In this document: positions 1-9,207 of the stretch, one piece after another
Layout: each line of letters begins with the position of its first letter
Numbering within the stretch: position 1 is the stretch's first letter
Assembly: GCA_036378695.1 (NCBI GenBank)
Contig: DASUVY010000046.1
Location: forward strand, 489-64,488
Direction of reading: 5' to 3'
Source: Candidatus Dormiibacterota bacterium
GTDB taxonomy: Bacteria; Chloroflexota; Dormibacteria; Dormibacterales; Dormibacteraceae
DNA: 64,000 bases
Notes under the pieces: model-generated
What the model was told of the DNA's origin: nothing
Seen by the model: the letters and a program-made list of their open reading frames with translations, nothing else
Database searches by the model: none
Program-made: the position numbers and the translations under genes

Positions 1-2
1 CC

Positions 3-980
3 GCCGGCTACAAGCCCTCGATCACCAGCCTGAGTGGCGACATGATCACGGGCGCCACCGCCCAGCTCGACAGCAACGGGGTGGCCTGGGTCGTGCAGGT
101 GACCTTCAACTCACAGGGCACGGACCTCTTCGGGAAGATGACCCAGGACGCCGTCAACGCCTGTCCCGGCAGCGGCACCGACTGCCCCAAGCGTCACATC
201 GGGGAGTGGCTCGACCTGACCCAGGACGACATCGCCCACTGGGACGACCCCGGCTACGCCGCCCAGATCACCAAGCCCATCGACCAGGGCGGGAAGCTGG
301 TCACCAATCCGACCATCATCGACCCCATCCCCAGCGGGACCGCCCAGATCTCGGGCAACTTCAGCCAGTCCAGCGCCAAGGACCTGGCCACGCTGCTCAG
401 CTCGGGCGCCCTGCCCGCCTCCATCCAGGTCCTGACCAGCACCGACGTCAGCGCTAGCCTGGGCGCCGACTCCATCAAGAAGTCTTTCGCCGCCGGCCTC
501 ATCGGGCTGGCGGTGGTGGTGCTCTTCATGATCGCCTACTACCGACTGCCCGGCCTCCTGGCCAGCATCGCCCTGATCTTCTATGCGGGGGTGGTGCTCG
601 CCTTGTTCAAGGTCATCCCCGTCACGCTGACGCTGGCCGGCATGGCGGCCTTCATCCTCAGCGTGGGCATGGCGGTCGACGCCAACGTGCTGATCTTCGA
701 ACGCTTCAAAGAGGAGATGCGCGCCGGCCGCACCATCGGCGCGGCGGTGGACGCGGCCGTGCGCCGGGCCTGGCCGGCGATCCGCGACTCCAACATCTCG
801 ACGCTGATCACGAGCACGGTGCTCTATGCCGTGGGCAACGGCCCCGTCAAGGGCTTCGCGCTGACCCTGGCCCTGGGCGTCGGCATCTCGCTGATCAGCA
901 GCATCATCGTGACGCACAACCTGCTCGCGATCGTGCTCACCGGCGGCTGGGCGCGCCGGCAAGGAGTTCTGGTTGGCTGA
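3..980 (+). CDS. secD: Protein-export membrane protein SecD, C-terminal part (5' end cut by window edge)
   Basis: The frame is open from the window start. It shows a periplasmic head region then a multi-TM SecD/SecF C-terminal domain (FERFKEEMRAGRT...), followed directly by secF with an 8-nt overlap. Confidence 0.85.
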   Translation, partial: AGYKPSITSLSGDMITGATAQLDSNGVAWVVQVTFNSQGTDLFGKMTQDAVNACPGSGTDCPKRHIGEWLDLTQDDIAHWDDPGYAAQITKPIDQGGKLVTNPTIIDPIPSGTAQISGNFSQSSAKDLATLLSSGALPASIQVLTSTDVSASLGADSIKKSFAAGLIGLAVVVLFMIAYYRLPGLLASIALIFYAGVVLALFKVIPVTLTLAGMAAFILSVGMAVDANVLIFERFKEEMRAGRTIGAAVDAAVRRAWPAIRDSNISTLITSTVLYAVGNGPVKGFALTLALGVGISLISSIIVTHNLLAIVLTGGWARRQGVLVG

Positions 981-1956
981 GGCCGTGGACCGCCCGACCG
1001 GGGCGGTCACCGAAGAGACTGCCGACACCACGGTCGTCCGGCGCGTACGTCGCTTCGACCTGGTGGGGCGCCGGAACTGGTTCTTCGCGGCTTCGCTGCT
1101 GATCATCCTGCCCGGGATCCTGTCGATGGTGACCCGGGGCTTCCTGCTGGGCATCGACTTCGCCGGCGGCACCGAGTTCGACCTCCAGTTCGGCAAGTCC
1201 GTGACGCAGCAGCAGGTCGCGGACGCGGTGACGGCGTCGGGGGTCGTCGGCACCGTCCAGGCCGGGGCCAACGGGACCTTCATCGTGCGCACCGGGTTTG
1301 CCGACCCGCAGCATCAGAAGGCCTTCGAGGACACCCTGGCCGGCAAGCTCGGCACCTCGGTGGACAGCCTGAGCACGACCACCGTCGGCGGCACGGTCGC
1401 GGGCGAGACCATCCGGAACGCCTTCATCGCGATCCTGGCGGCCTCGGTCCTGATCCTGGGCTACCTGACCTTCCGCTTCCGGCGCGTGCAGGGCGGCTGG
1501 CGCTCGGGCGTCCAGTTCGGGGGCTCGGCCCTGCTCGCGCTGTTGCACGACGTGGCCGTGCTGGGCGGCATTTTCTCGATCCTGGGCAAGGTTCTGGGTC
1601 TGCGCATCGGCGAGATCGACACCCTGTTCATGACCGCAGTGCTGACCGTGGTCGGGTTCTCGGTCCACGACACCATCGTGGTCTTCGACCGGATCCGCGA
1701 GAACATGATCGTCGCGCGCTCGCTCACGTTCGAGCAGGTGGCCAATCTCTCGATCATGCAGACCGCCGCGCGGTCGATCATCACCAGCTTCACCGTGGTC
1801 CTGGTGCTGGTGGCGCTGCTGGTCGCCGGTGGCGACAGCCTGAAAGGATTCGTGCTCGCGCTCTTGATCGGAATCGTTTCCGGCACCTACAGCTCGGTCT
1901 TCAACGCCACCCCGATCCTGGTCGTCTGGCGCCGCCTGGCAGGAGTCACCCGCTAG
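973..1956 (+). CDS. secF: Protein-export membrane protein SecF
   Basis: TTG start overlapping the secD stop. N-terminal TM, periplasmic domain and C-terminal TM bundle (VHDTIVVFDRIREN) are typical of SecF. Confidence 0.9.
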   Translation: MAEAVDRPTGAVTEETADTTVVRRVRRFDLVGRRNWFFAASLLIILPGILSMVTRGFLLGIDFAGGTEFDLQFGKSVTQQQVADAVTASGVVGTVQAGANGTFIVRTGFADPQHQKAFEDTLAGKLGTSVDSLSTTTVGGTVAGETIRNAFIAILAASVLILGYLTFRFRRVQGGWRSGVQFGGSALLALLHDVAVLGGIFSILGKVLGLRIGEIDTLFMTAVLTVVGFSVHDTIVVFDRIRENMIVARSLTFEQVANLSIMQTAARSIITSFTVVLVLVALLVAGGDSLKGFVLALLIGIVSGTYSSVFNATPILVVWRRLAGVTR

Positions 1957-1966
1957 AGCTTTAAAA

Positions 1967-2425
1967 ATGCCGACCTGGCCCATACAGACGATCCGCGAGC
2001 TGCTCGAGCCCACGCTGGCGCACATGGGCTACGACATTTACGCGCTGGAGCAGGCGGGCACCTCCGGTCGCACGCTGCGCATCGCCATCGACCGGCCGGA
2101 GGGGGTGACCGTGGGCGACTGCGAGCGCGTGAGCAAGGTGGCCGGTCCGCTGCTCGACCAGGCCGACCTCATCCCCGGCGGCCGCTACGAGCTGGAGGTG
2201 TCCTCGCCTGGCGCCGAACGGCCGCTCAAGACGCGCGCCGAGTACGACCGCTTCGTGGGCAAGAAGGTGAACGTCCGCTACCGGGTCGGCGACTCCGAAG
2301 CGGTGCTGGAGGGCGAGCTGGTGGCGGTGGACGACGCCGGCGTCGCCGTCCAGGGCAAGCGGGCCGACGTCCACCACGTCCCCTGGGCCGACATCCAGGC
2401 CGCGCGCCTCACCGTATCGCTGTGA
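1967..2425 (+). CDS. rimP: Ribosome maturation factor RimP
   Basis: 152 aa with a RimP-like N-terminus (LLEPTLAHMGYDIYALE) and the conserved position directly upstream of nusA. Confidence 0.9.
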   Translation: MPTWPIQTIRELLEPTLAHMGYDIYALEQAGTSGRTLRIAIDRPEGVTVGDCERVSKVAGPLLDQADLIPGGRYELEVSSPGAERPLKTRAEYDRFVGKKVNVRYRVGDSEAVLEGELVAVDDAGVAVQGKRADVHHVPWADIQAARLTVSL

Positions 2426-3405
2426 GCACCGACGCCCCGGTCGACCTCCGCGAAGCGCTGCGGCAGCTCAACCAGGAGGTGGGGGTGCCGATGGACCAGC
2501 TGGTCCACGCGGTCGAGCAGGCCCTGGCCCTGGCCTATAAGCGCCAGTTCGGCAGCGAGGGCTTCGTGCAGGCCCGCCTTGACCCCGACCATGGCGGCCT
2601 GGTCATGACCGCCACCCGCACGGCCGAGGACGGCAGCCAGAGCATCACCCAGCTCCCCGTCGACGACTTCAAGCGCAGCGCCGCCTACACCGCTCGCAAG
2701 GCCGTGCTCGGCCTGCTGCGCGGGATCGAGCGCCAGCAGGCCCAGCAGGCCTTCTCCCAGCGTTATGGCGAGCTGGCCAGCGGGCTGGTCGACCGTGTCG
2801 ACCCCCAGGGCGCCATCCATGTCGACCTCGGCCACATCGAAGGCGTGATGGGTCCGGAGGACCAGATCCCGGGCGAAGCGCTCATCCCCGGTCGCCCGAC
2901 CTCCTTCGTGATCCTGGAGGGCCGCCAGCCGGCCGGCCAGCGGACGCCGGTCGTGCGGATCTCCCGCGGCCACCGGCTCTTCGTGCAGCGGATGCTGGAG
3001 GCCGAGGTTCCCGAGGTGGGGGCGGGGCTGGTGGAGATCAAGGCCATCGCCCGCGAAGCAGGCCTGCGCACCAAGGTGGCGGTGGCCAGCAACGACCCCG
3101 GCGTCGATCCCGTGGGCGCCTGCGTGGGGCCCAAGGGCGTGCGCCACCGCTCGCTCCTGGAGGACCTGCCCGGCGAGCACGTCGACATCGTGGCCTGGAG
3201 CGAGGACCCCGGCCTGTTTGTGGCCGCCGCCCTGGGTCCGGCGCCGGTCAGCGCGGTGGAGCTGGATCCCGACACCCGCACCGCGCGGGTGCTGGTGCCC
3301 AAGGACCACCTCTCGCTCGCCATCGGCCGCGATGGCCAGAACGCACGGCTGGCGGCCAAGCTCACCGGATGGCGGGTCGACATTCATGCCGAAGCGGCGT
3401 CATGA
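2422..3405 (+). CDS. nusA: Transcription termination/antitermination factor NusA (short form, no C-terminal AR repeats)
   Basis: GTGA overlap with rimP. S1 plus tandem KH regions ([29 protein letters not shown]). Confidence 0.92.
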   Translation: MSTDAPVDLREALRQLNQEVGVPMDQLVHAVEQALALAYKRQFGSEGFVQARLDPDHGGLVMTATRTAEDGSQSITQLPVDDFKRSAAYTARKAVLGLLRGIERQQAQQAFSQRYGELASGLVDRVDPQGAIHVDLGHIEGVMGPEDQIPGEALIPGRPTSFVILEGRQPAGQRTPVVRISRGHRLFVQRMLEAEVPEVGAGLVEIKAIAREAGLRTKVAVASNDPGVDPVGACVGPKGVRHRSLLEDLPGEHVDIVAWSEDPGLFVAAALGPAPVSAVELDPDTRTARVLVPKDHLSLAIGRDGQNARLAAKLTGWRVDIHAEAAS

Positions 3406-3646
3406 GCCGCGGCGCACCTGCGTCGCCTGCCGCCAGGAGGGCACGAAAGACGAGCTGATCCGGCTGGTGCGGACAGCCGAGGGCGCGGCGGTCGACAGCA
3501 CCGGCCGGGCTCCCGGCCGCGGCGCCTACCTGCACCGCCGGCTCGAGTGCCTGGAGGAGGCTCGCCGCCGAGGAGCGCTGACCCGTGCGCTGAACGCGCC
3601 GGTGGGAGAGGAGGTCTGGGCCGCGCTGCGGGCCGGCCCAGCCTGA
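3386..3646 (+). CDS. ylxR: YlxR/DUF448 family RNA-binding protein
   Basis: ATG at 3386 inside the listed 3218 ORF. RTCVACR...GRGAYLH motif and the canonical nusA-ylxR-infB position. Confidence 0.85.
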   Translation: MPKRRHEPRRTCVACRQEGTKDELIRLVRTAEGAAVDSTGRAPGRGAYLHRRLECLEEARRRGALTRALNAPVGEEVWAALRAGPA

Positions 3647-3737
3647 TTGGGCCACCAATCCGGCGCCAGAGGCCGCCGCCCGGCCTGATTGGTCCACCAA
3701 TCCGGTCCGGACCCCCTCGGGCGGTTGGTTCCACCCG
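3641..3737. repeat. Tandem palindromic 23-nt repeats (GCCTGATTGGnCCACCAATCCGG x2 plus a degenerate third copy) between ylxR and infB
   Basis: Copies at 3641-3663 and 3683-3705 match at 22 of 23 positions, 42 bp apart. Each is a GATTGG/CCAATC inverted repeat. A partial copy (GGTTGGTTCCACC) lies at about 3722-3737. Confidence 0.7.
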
Positions 3738-3767
3738 CCCTGGGTAGAATCATTCGTTCGGGCCCAG

Positions 3768-5750
3768 ATGAAAGTACACGAGCTCGCCCGCGAGCTGGAC
3801 GTCAACGCCAAGGAGCTGCAGAACTTCCTGCAGCAGAACCGCCTGCTCTCGAGGAACCCGGCGTCACCGCTGTCGCCGAGGGCCATCGAGGCCGCACGCG
3901 GGCAGTTCGGCGCGCGCGGCGGGGTGGCGGTCAAGGTCGCGCCCAACGGCGAGCGCAAGGTCTCCCTGCCGCCCAACGTGTCGGTGAAGGACCTGGCCGA
4001 GAAGCTGGGCGTCAACGCCGTCGACGTGATCAAGAAGCTGATCTCCAACGGCGTGATGGCCAACATCAACCAGGTCATCGACTTCGGCACGGCCGAGATC
4101 GTGGCCGACGAGTTCGGCTTCACGGTCGAGACCGTGGCCTCCGAGGACCTGGTCGCGACCGAGGCCGAGGGCGAAGTCGTCGTCGCCACCACCCGCGAAG
4201 AGCTCTTCAGCATGGCCAACGAGGACAAGGCCAAGCTCAAGGAGCGGCCGCCGATCGTGACCGTGCTCGGCCACGTCGACCACGGCAAGACCTCCATCCT
4301 GGACGCCATCCGCAAGACGCGGGTGGCGGCGGGCGAGGCCGGCGGCATCACCCAGCGGATCGGCGCCTACAAGATCGAGACCGCCGACGGTGAGCCGGTC
4401 GTCTTCATCGACACCCCCGGCCACGAGGCCTTCACCGCCATGCGCGCGCGCGGCGCCAGCGTGACCGACGTGGCCGTCCTGGTGGTGGCCGCCGACGACG
4501 GCGTGATGCCGCAGACCGTGGAGGCCATCCACCACGCCAAGGCCGCCAGGGTGCCGATCGTGGTCGCCATCAACAAGATCGACAAGGACAACGCCAACGT
4601 CGACCGGGTACACGCCGAGCTGGCCGAGAACGAGATCGTCACCCGCCACTACGGCGGCGACTTCGAGTGCGTCCACGTCTCGGCCAGGACCGGCCAGGGC
4701 CTGGACGACCTGCTGGAGACGATCGTGCTCTCCAGCCAGATCCTGGAGCTGAAGGCCAACCCCGACCGCCACGCGCTGGGCACGGTCGTGGACGCCCACC
4801 TGGAGCGGGGCCGCGGCCCGGTCGCCACCGTGCTGGTCCAGAACGGCACTCTGCGCGTGGGCGACTACTTCGTCTGCGGCCACATCGCGGGTCGCGTGCG
4901 CGCCCTGGCCGACGACCGCGGCGAGGCCGTCAGCGAGGCGCCGCCGGCCACCCCGGTGGTGGTCTCCGGCTTCACCGAGGTCCCCGTGGCGGGCGACATC
5001 TTCCAGGTCGTGGGCTCCGAGAAGGCCGCCCGGGGCATCGCCCTCAGCAAGCTGCAGGAGAAGCGCGCGACCGAGGCCGCCCAGCAGGCGACGCCTCGCA
5101 TCACCCTCGAGGACCTGGCGCGGCGCGCCCTGGAGGGCGAGGTCAAGGAGCTCAACCTGGTGGTCAAGGCCGACGCCCAGGGCGCCCTGGAGGCTGTCGT
5201 GGCCGCCCTCCAGAAGATCGAGGACCCGGTCGTCCAGATCAAGATCGTGGGCTCCGGCGTGGGCGCGCCCAGCGACTCCGACGTCCTGCTGGCCAGCGTC
5301 TCCAACGCGATCATCGTCTGCTTCAACCTGAAGCCCACCCCGGCCGCCGAGCGGGCGGCCGAGAAGGCGCGGGTCGAGGTCCGCTACTACGACGTCATCT
5401 ACAAGCTCACCGAGGACGTGGAGCGCGCGGCCAAGGGTCTGCGCGAGCCCACCTACCGCCAGATCCAGGAGGGCCGCGTCGAGGTAGTGATGCCGATCAA
5501 GATCCCGCGGCTGGGCATCATCGCCGGTTCCCGCGTAGTCGAGGGCAAGGTGTCGCGCGGCGGCTACGCCAAGCTGAGCCGCAACGGCACCCAGATCTGG
5601 GAGGGTCGCATCGCCTCCCTTAAGCACTTCAAGGAGGACGTGCGCGAGATGGTCGCGGGCCAGGAGTGCGGCATCGGTCTGGAGGGCTTCGAGGACTTCC
5701 AGGGCGGGGAGGTCATGGACACCTTCCGCCTCGAACGCGAGGAGATCTAG
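3768..5750 (+). CDS. infB: Translation initiation factor IF-2
   Basis: 660 aa with GTPase motifs ([18 protein letters not shown]) and the IF-2 C-terminal domains. Confidence 0.95.
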   Translation: MKVHELARELDVNAKELQNFLQQNRLLSRNPASPLSPRAIEAARGQFGARGGVAVKVAPNGERKVSLPPNVSVKDLAEKLGVNAVDVIKKLISNGVMANINQVIDFGTAEIVADEFGFTVETVASEDLVATEAEGEVVVATTREELFSMANEDKAKLKERPPIVTVLGHVDHGKTSILDAIRKTRVAAGEAGGITQRIGAYKIETADGEPVVFIDTPGHEAFTAMRARGASVTDVAVLVVAADDGVMPQTVEAIHHAKAARVPIVVAINKIDKDNANVDRVHAELAENEIVTRHYGGDFECVHVSARTGQGLDDLLETIVLSSQILELKANPDRHALGTVVDAHLERGRGPVATVLVQNGTLRVGDYFVCGHIAGRVRALADDRGEAVSEAPPATPVVVSGFTEVPVAGDIFQVVGSEKAARGIALSKLQEKRATEAAQQATPRITLEDLARRALEGEVKELNLVVKADAQGALEAVVAALQKIEDPVVQIKIVGSGVGAPSDSDVLLASVSNAIIVCFNLKPTPAAERAAEKARVEVRYYDVIYKLTEDVERAAKGLREPTYRQIQEGRVEVVMPIKIPRLGIIAGSRVVEGKVSRGGYAKLSRNGTQIWEGRIASLKHFKEDVREMVAGQECGIGLEGFEDFQGGEVMDTFRLEREEI

Positions 5751-5772
5751 CCCCGCGCCTGCGGTTCAACTC

Positions 5773-6204
5773 ATGACCAGCTACCGCACCACCCAGGTCG
5801 GGGCGCAGGTCAGGGAGGAGATCATGCGGATCATCCAGCGTGAGCTCAAGGATCCCCGCATCGGGTTCGTGAGCATCACCGAGGTCCGCATGTCGCCCGA
5901 CCTGCGCTCGGCGCGCGTGCGCGTCAGCGTGCTCGGCGACGAGGACGCCCAGAAAGACGCACTGGCCGGCCTCAACAGCGCCCGTGGCCTGATCCGCCAC
6001 GACCTCGGCCGCCGCCTGCAGAACCTCAAGTTCTCACCCGAGGTGCGCTTCGAGCTGGACTCCTCGATCGAGTACTCGGTGCGCATCGCCAAGACGCTGC
6101 GCGAGATCCTGCCGCCGGAACCGGCCGAGGGGGGGCAGGCGGGGGGAAGGGCTGCGCCCGGCCCGCCTCAGGGGGGGAGCCCCCCCCACAAGGACCAGCA
6201 GTAG
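5773..6204 (+). CDS. rbfA: Ribosome-binding factor A
   Basis: RbfA-like core (RVGAQVREEIMRIIQRELKDPRIGFVSITEVRMSPDLRSARV) followed by a low-complexity tail. Lies downstream of infB. Confidence 0.9.
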   Translation: MTSYRTTQVGAQVREEIMRIIQRELKDPRIGFVSITEVRMSPDLRSARVRVSVLGDEDAQKDALAGLNSARGLIRHDLGRRLQNLKFSPEVRFELDSSIEYSVRIAKTLREILPPEPAEGGQAGGRAAPGPPQGGSPPHKDQQ

Positions 6205-6207
6205 CGC

Positions 6208-7215
6208 GTGGCCACCCCTGCCCTGGCCACCCAGTACGCCCGCGTCAAGGAGCTGGTCGACGCCAACGACCAGGTACTGATCTTCGGCCACAAGGACGCC
6301 GACGGCGACACCCTCGGCTGCAGCCTGGCCTTCGCCGAGGCGCTCCGCGCGCAGGGCAAGGAGGTCTGGGTCCTGATCCCGCCGCCGCTGCCCGAGATGT
6401 ACGAGTGGCTGCCGGGGTTCGACCGCATCGTGGAGAGCCCGCCGGTCGGCGTGGACCCGGGGCTGGTCATGTTCTTCGACGCCGGCAACATGGAGCGCTC
6501 AGGGGCGGCGGTCCAGCACATCACCAGCCACGCCACCATCGTCAACGTCGACCACCACACCACCAACGCCATGTTTGGCCACCTCAACCTGATCGAGGCC
6601 TCGCCGCCGGACGGCGACGCTTCCGCGGTGGGCCAGATGGTGCTGGAGATGCTGGAGGAGTTCGGCTGGCCGATCACGCCCAGCATCGCCACCAACCTCT
6701 ACACGGCGCTGATGACGGACACCGGCGGCTTCCGGCACGAGAACACCACCCCCAAGGCCCTGGAGGACGCCGCCCGCCTGGCGCGCCTGGGCGCCGAGCC
6801 CAGCCACATCGCGACCATGGTCTACAAGTCGCGGCCGCTGACCACGCTCAAGCTCCAGGCCCTTTCGCTGGCCTCCATGCAGGTCGAGGTGGAGGGCCGC
6901 CTGGCCTGGGCCAAGGTCAACCGCCGCATGCTGCGCGAGGCGGGCGCGGTGATGGCGGAGTCCGAGGGCATCATCGACACCCTCAACTCGATCGCCGGGC
7001 TCGACCTGGCCATCCTCTTCAAGGAGGTGAGCGGCAGCCTGACCAAGATCAGCGTGCGCAGCCGCGGGCCCATCGACGCGGCGGCGCTCTGCGGGCGCTT
7101 CGGCGGTGGCGGGCACCTGCGCGCGGCGGGGGCCGAGATCCGGCTGCCCCTGCAGCAGGCGATCCCGGCGGTGCTGGACGCGGCCAAGGAGGCGATCGCC
7201 GCCGAAACGAGATGA
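6208..7215 (+). CDS. nrnA: DHH/DHHA1 phosphoesterase (NrnA-like oligoribonuclease/pAp phosphatase)
   Basis: DHH motifs (HKDADGDTLG, NVDHH) and the DHHA1 motif GGGGHLRAAG. Confidence 0.85.
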   Translation: MATPALATQYARVKELVDANDQVLIFGHKDADGDTLGCSLAFAEALRAQGKEVWVLIPPPLPEMYEWLPGFDRIVESPPVGVDPGLVMFFDAGNMERSGAAVQHITSHATIVNVDHHTTNAMFGHLNLIEASPPDGDASAVGQMVLEMLEEFGWPITPSIATNLYTALMTDTGGFRHENTTPKALEDAARLARLGAEPSHIATMVYKSRPLTTLKLQALSLASMQVEVEGRLAWAKVNRRMLREAGAVMAESEGIIDTLNSIAGLDLAILFKEVSGSLTKISVRSRGPIDAAALCGRFGGGGHLRAAGAEIRLPLQQAIPAVLDAAKEAIAAETR

Positions 7216-8093
7216 GGGCCGGCGTTCTGAACGTGATCAAGCCCACCGGCGCCACCTCGTTCGCGGTCGTCAAGCGCCTGCGCGACCTGAGCGGCGCCCA
7301 CCGGGTCGGCCACGCCGGCACCCTGGACCCGCTCGCCACAGGCGTGCTGCCGGTGCTCTTCGAGTCCGCCACGCGGCTCTCCGACTACGCCCACCGGCTG
7401 CCGAAGACCTACGAGGCGGACGTCCACTTCGGGCTTACCACCGACACCGACGACGCCGAGGGCGAGCGCCATCCGGTCGCCGACGCCTCCGGCCTCACCG
7501 CGGCCGCCGTCACCGGGGCGCTGCGCCTCTTCGTAGGGCGGATCTCCCAGGAGCCGCCGGCCTTCTCAGCCGTGAAGGTCGACGGCGAGCGCTCCTATCG
7601 GCGCGCCCGCAAGGGCGACCTCGAGCGTCCGGCCGCGCGCCTGGTCGAGGTTTACAGCGCCGAGCTGCTCGGCTTCACCCCGGGCGCCGAGGCCGTGGCG
7701 CAGGTGCGCGTGGTCTGCGGCAGCGGCACGTACCTGCGCGCGCTGGCCCGCGACCTGGGCGCCGCGCTGCGGGTGGGCGGCTACCTCGGCAAGCTGGTGC
7801 GCACGGCCTATGGCCCGCTGCGCATCGAGGAAGGCGTGGAGGTGGGCGCGCTCGAGACCTCCGCCGACCTGGAGGCGCGGCTGCTCCCCTCCGAGGTCGT
7901 GCTGCCGGAGATGAGCGCCGTGAAGCTGACGCTGGAGCAGGAGGCGCAGGTGCGCCAGGGCCGCCCGGTGCGCGTGCTGCCCGAGCCGGCGCCCGGCCCG
8001 CTGCGCGCGCACGGGGTGGAGGGGCGGCTGGTGGCGCTGGGCCACACCGACCCGCTGCGGCGGACGTTCGTGCCCGAAAAAGTGTTGAACTGA
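7212..8093 (+). CDS. truB: tRNA pseudouridine(55) synthase TruB
   Basis: ATGA overlap with nrnA. GVLNVIKPTGATSF...HAGTLDPLATGVL catalytic Asp motif. Confidence 0.92.
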   Translation: MRAGVLNVIKPTGATSFAVVKRLRDLSGAHRVGHAGTLDPLATGVLPVLFESATRLSDYAHRLPKTYEADVHFGLTTDTDDAEGERHPVADASGLTAAAVTGALRLFVGRISQEPPAFSAVKVDGERSYRRARKGDLERPAARLVEVYSAELLGFTPGAEAVAQVRVVCGSGTYLRALARDLGAALRVGGYLGKLVRTAYGPLRIEEGVEVGALETSADLEARLLPSEVVLPEMSAVKLTLEQEAQVRQGRPVRVLPEPAPGPLRAHGVEGRLVALGHTDPLRRTFVPEKVLN

Positions 8094-8291
8094 GTGTCTC
8101 GGCCCGGAAGCCCGCCGGCAATTCATCGGCTCCGGACCCCGATGCGAGCGTCAGGGGGCCCGGCCCGTCGTCGTCACGCATCATAGATGCGCTCCTAGCC
8201 GTGCCACCCCTTCCTTCGCCTCGGCGCCCGGACCGGCGGCCTTGCGGCCGCCTGCCGCGACTTGCGCCGCGAACTTCCGAGCCGAGACACT
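8093..8291. repeat. Entire truB-ribF spacer bracketed by an 18-nt inverted repeat, with internal hairpins
   Basis: AGTGTCTCGGCCCGGAAG (8093-8110) against CTTCCGAGCCGAGACACT (8274-8291), 17 of 18 complementary. Internal hairpins include GGCGGCC-TTGC-GGCCGCC and CGCATC-ATA-GATGCG. Confidence 0.6.
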
Positions 8292-8298
8292 AGCCGCG

Positions 8299-9207
8299 GT
8301 GCGTGTACACCGCGGGTTGCCCGCGCAGCCGCTCGGACCCGCGGTCATCACGATCGGCAGCTTCGACGGCGTTCATCTCGCTCACCAGCGCCTGTTCCGG
8401 CAGGTGGTCGAGGACGCGGCCGCACTGAGCGCGGAACCGGTGGCGGTCACCTTCGAGCCCCACCCGCGCTGCGTCCTCGACCCCGACCACTGCCCGCGGC
8501 TGCTGACGGTCTTCGACGAGAAGACCGCACTGATCGAGGCCAACGGCATCACCGACCTGGTGGTGATCCCCTTCGACCGCAACTTCTCGCAGAAGTCGCC
8601 GGCCGAGTTCATGGCCTGGCTGGGCGACGGCATGGAGGTTCGGGAGGTGGTCGCCGGCTACGACTTCGTGTTCGGCCGGCAGCGAGCCGGGAACTCAGCC
8701 TGGCTGCGGCAGCGCGGCTACCGGGTGGCCGAGGTCGACCTGATCGAGGTGGACGGCCGCCAGGTTCACAGCTCCGCGGTGCGCGGCCTGGTCGGCTCGG
8801 GCGAGGTCGGAGCCGCCGCCGACCTCTTGGGACGCCACTACTCGGTCCACGGCGAGGTCGTCGAGGGTCACAAGCGCGGGCGTGAGCTGGGCTTTCCCAC
8901 CGCCAACGTCGCCGTCGACACCGGCAAGGCGGTGCCCGGCCCAGCGGCTTACGCCGGCTGGGCGCGGACGCAGCTGGGCGAGCGGATGGCGGCCATCTCG
9001 GTCGGCCACCAGCCCACGTTCGGCGGCGGCGACCTGGCCGTGGAAGCCCATCTGCTCGATTTCGACGCCGACCTCTACGGCCAGGACCTCGAGGTGCGCT
9101 TCGTGCAGCGCCTGCACCCCGACATCCGCTTCCCCTCGGTCGGAGCGCTGATCGAGCAGATCGCGCAGGACGTCGACGAGACCCGCCGTCTCCTCTCCGC
9201 TGGATGA
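8299..9207 (+). CDS. ribF: Bifunctional riboflavin kinase / FMN adenylyltransferase
   Basis: ITIGSFDGVHLAHQ motif. I prefer the GTG at 8299 over the listed TTG at 8242, by length comparison with the E. coli RibF N-terminus. Confidence 0.9.
   Translation: MRVHRGLPAQPLGPAVITIGSFDGVHLAHQRLFRQVVEDAAALSAEPVAVTFEPHPRCVLDPDHCPRLLTVFDEKTALIEANGITDLVVIPFDRNFSQKSPAEFMAWLGDGMEVREVVAGYDFVFGRQRAGNSAWLRQRGYRVAEVDLIEVDGRQVHSSAVRGLVGSGEVGAAADLLGRHYSVHGEVVEGHKRGRELGFPTANVAVDTGKAVPGPAAYAGWARTQLGERMAAISVGHQPTFGGGDLAVEAHLLDFDADLYGQDLEVRFVQRLHPDIRFPSVGALIEQIAQDVDETRRLLSAG

Noticed and set aside
3641-3737. Possible CRISPR array (regularly spaced repeats with about 42-bp periodicity here and at 47393-47500)
   Set aside because: There are only two to three copies, the repeats are imperfect, no cas genes are present, and the spacers are shorter than typical. 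These are better described as tandem palindromic or hairpin repeats.
8093-8291. 6S RNA or FMN riboswitch in the truB-ribF spacer
   Set aside because: The length and the closing stem are compatible with 6S RNA, but I cannot demonstrate a central bubble or conserved features by eye. The FMN (RFN) element normally precedes ribD or ribU rather than ribF, and I see none of its conserved core. It is kept only as an unclassified structured element.
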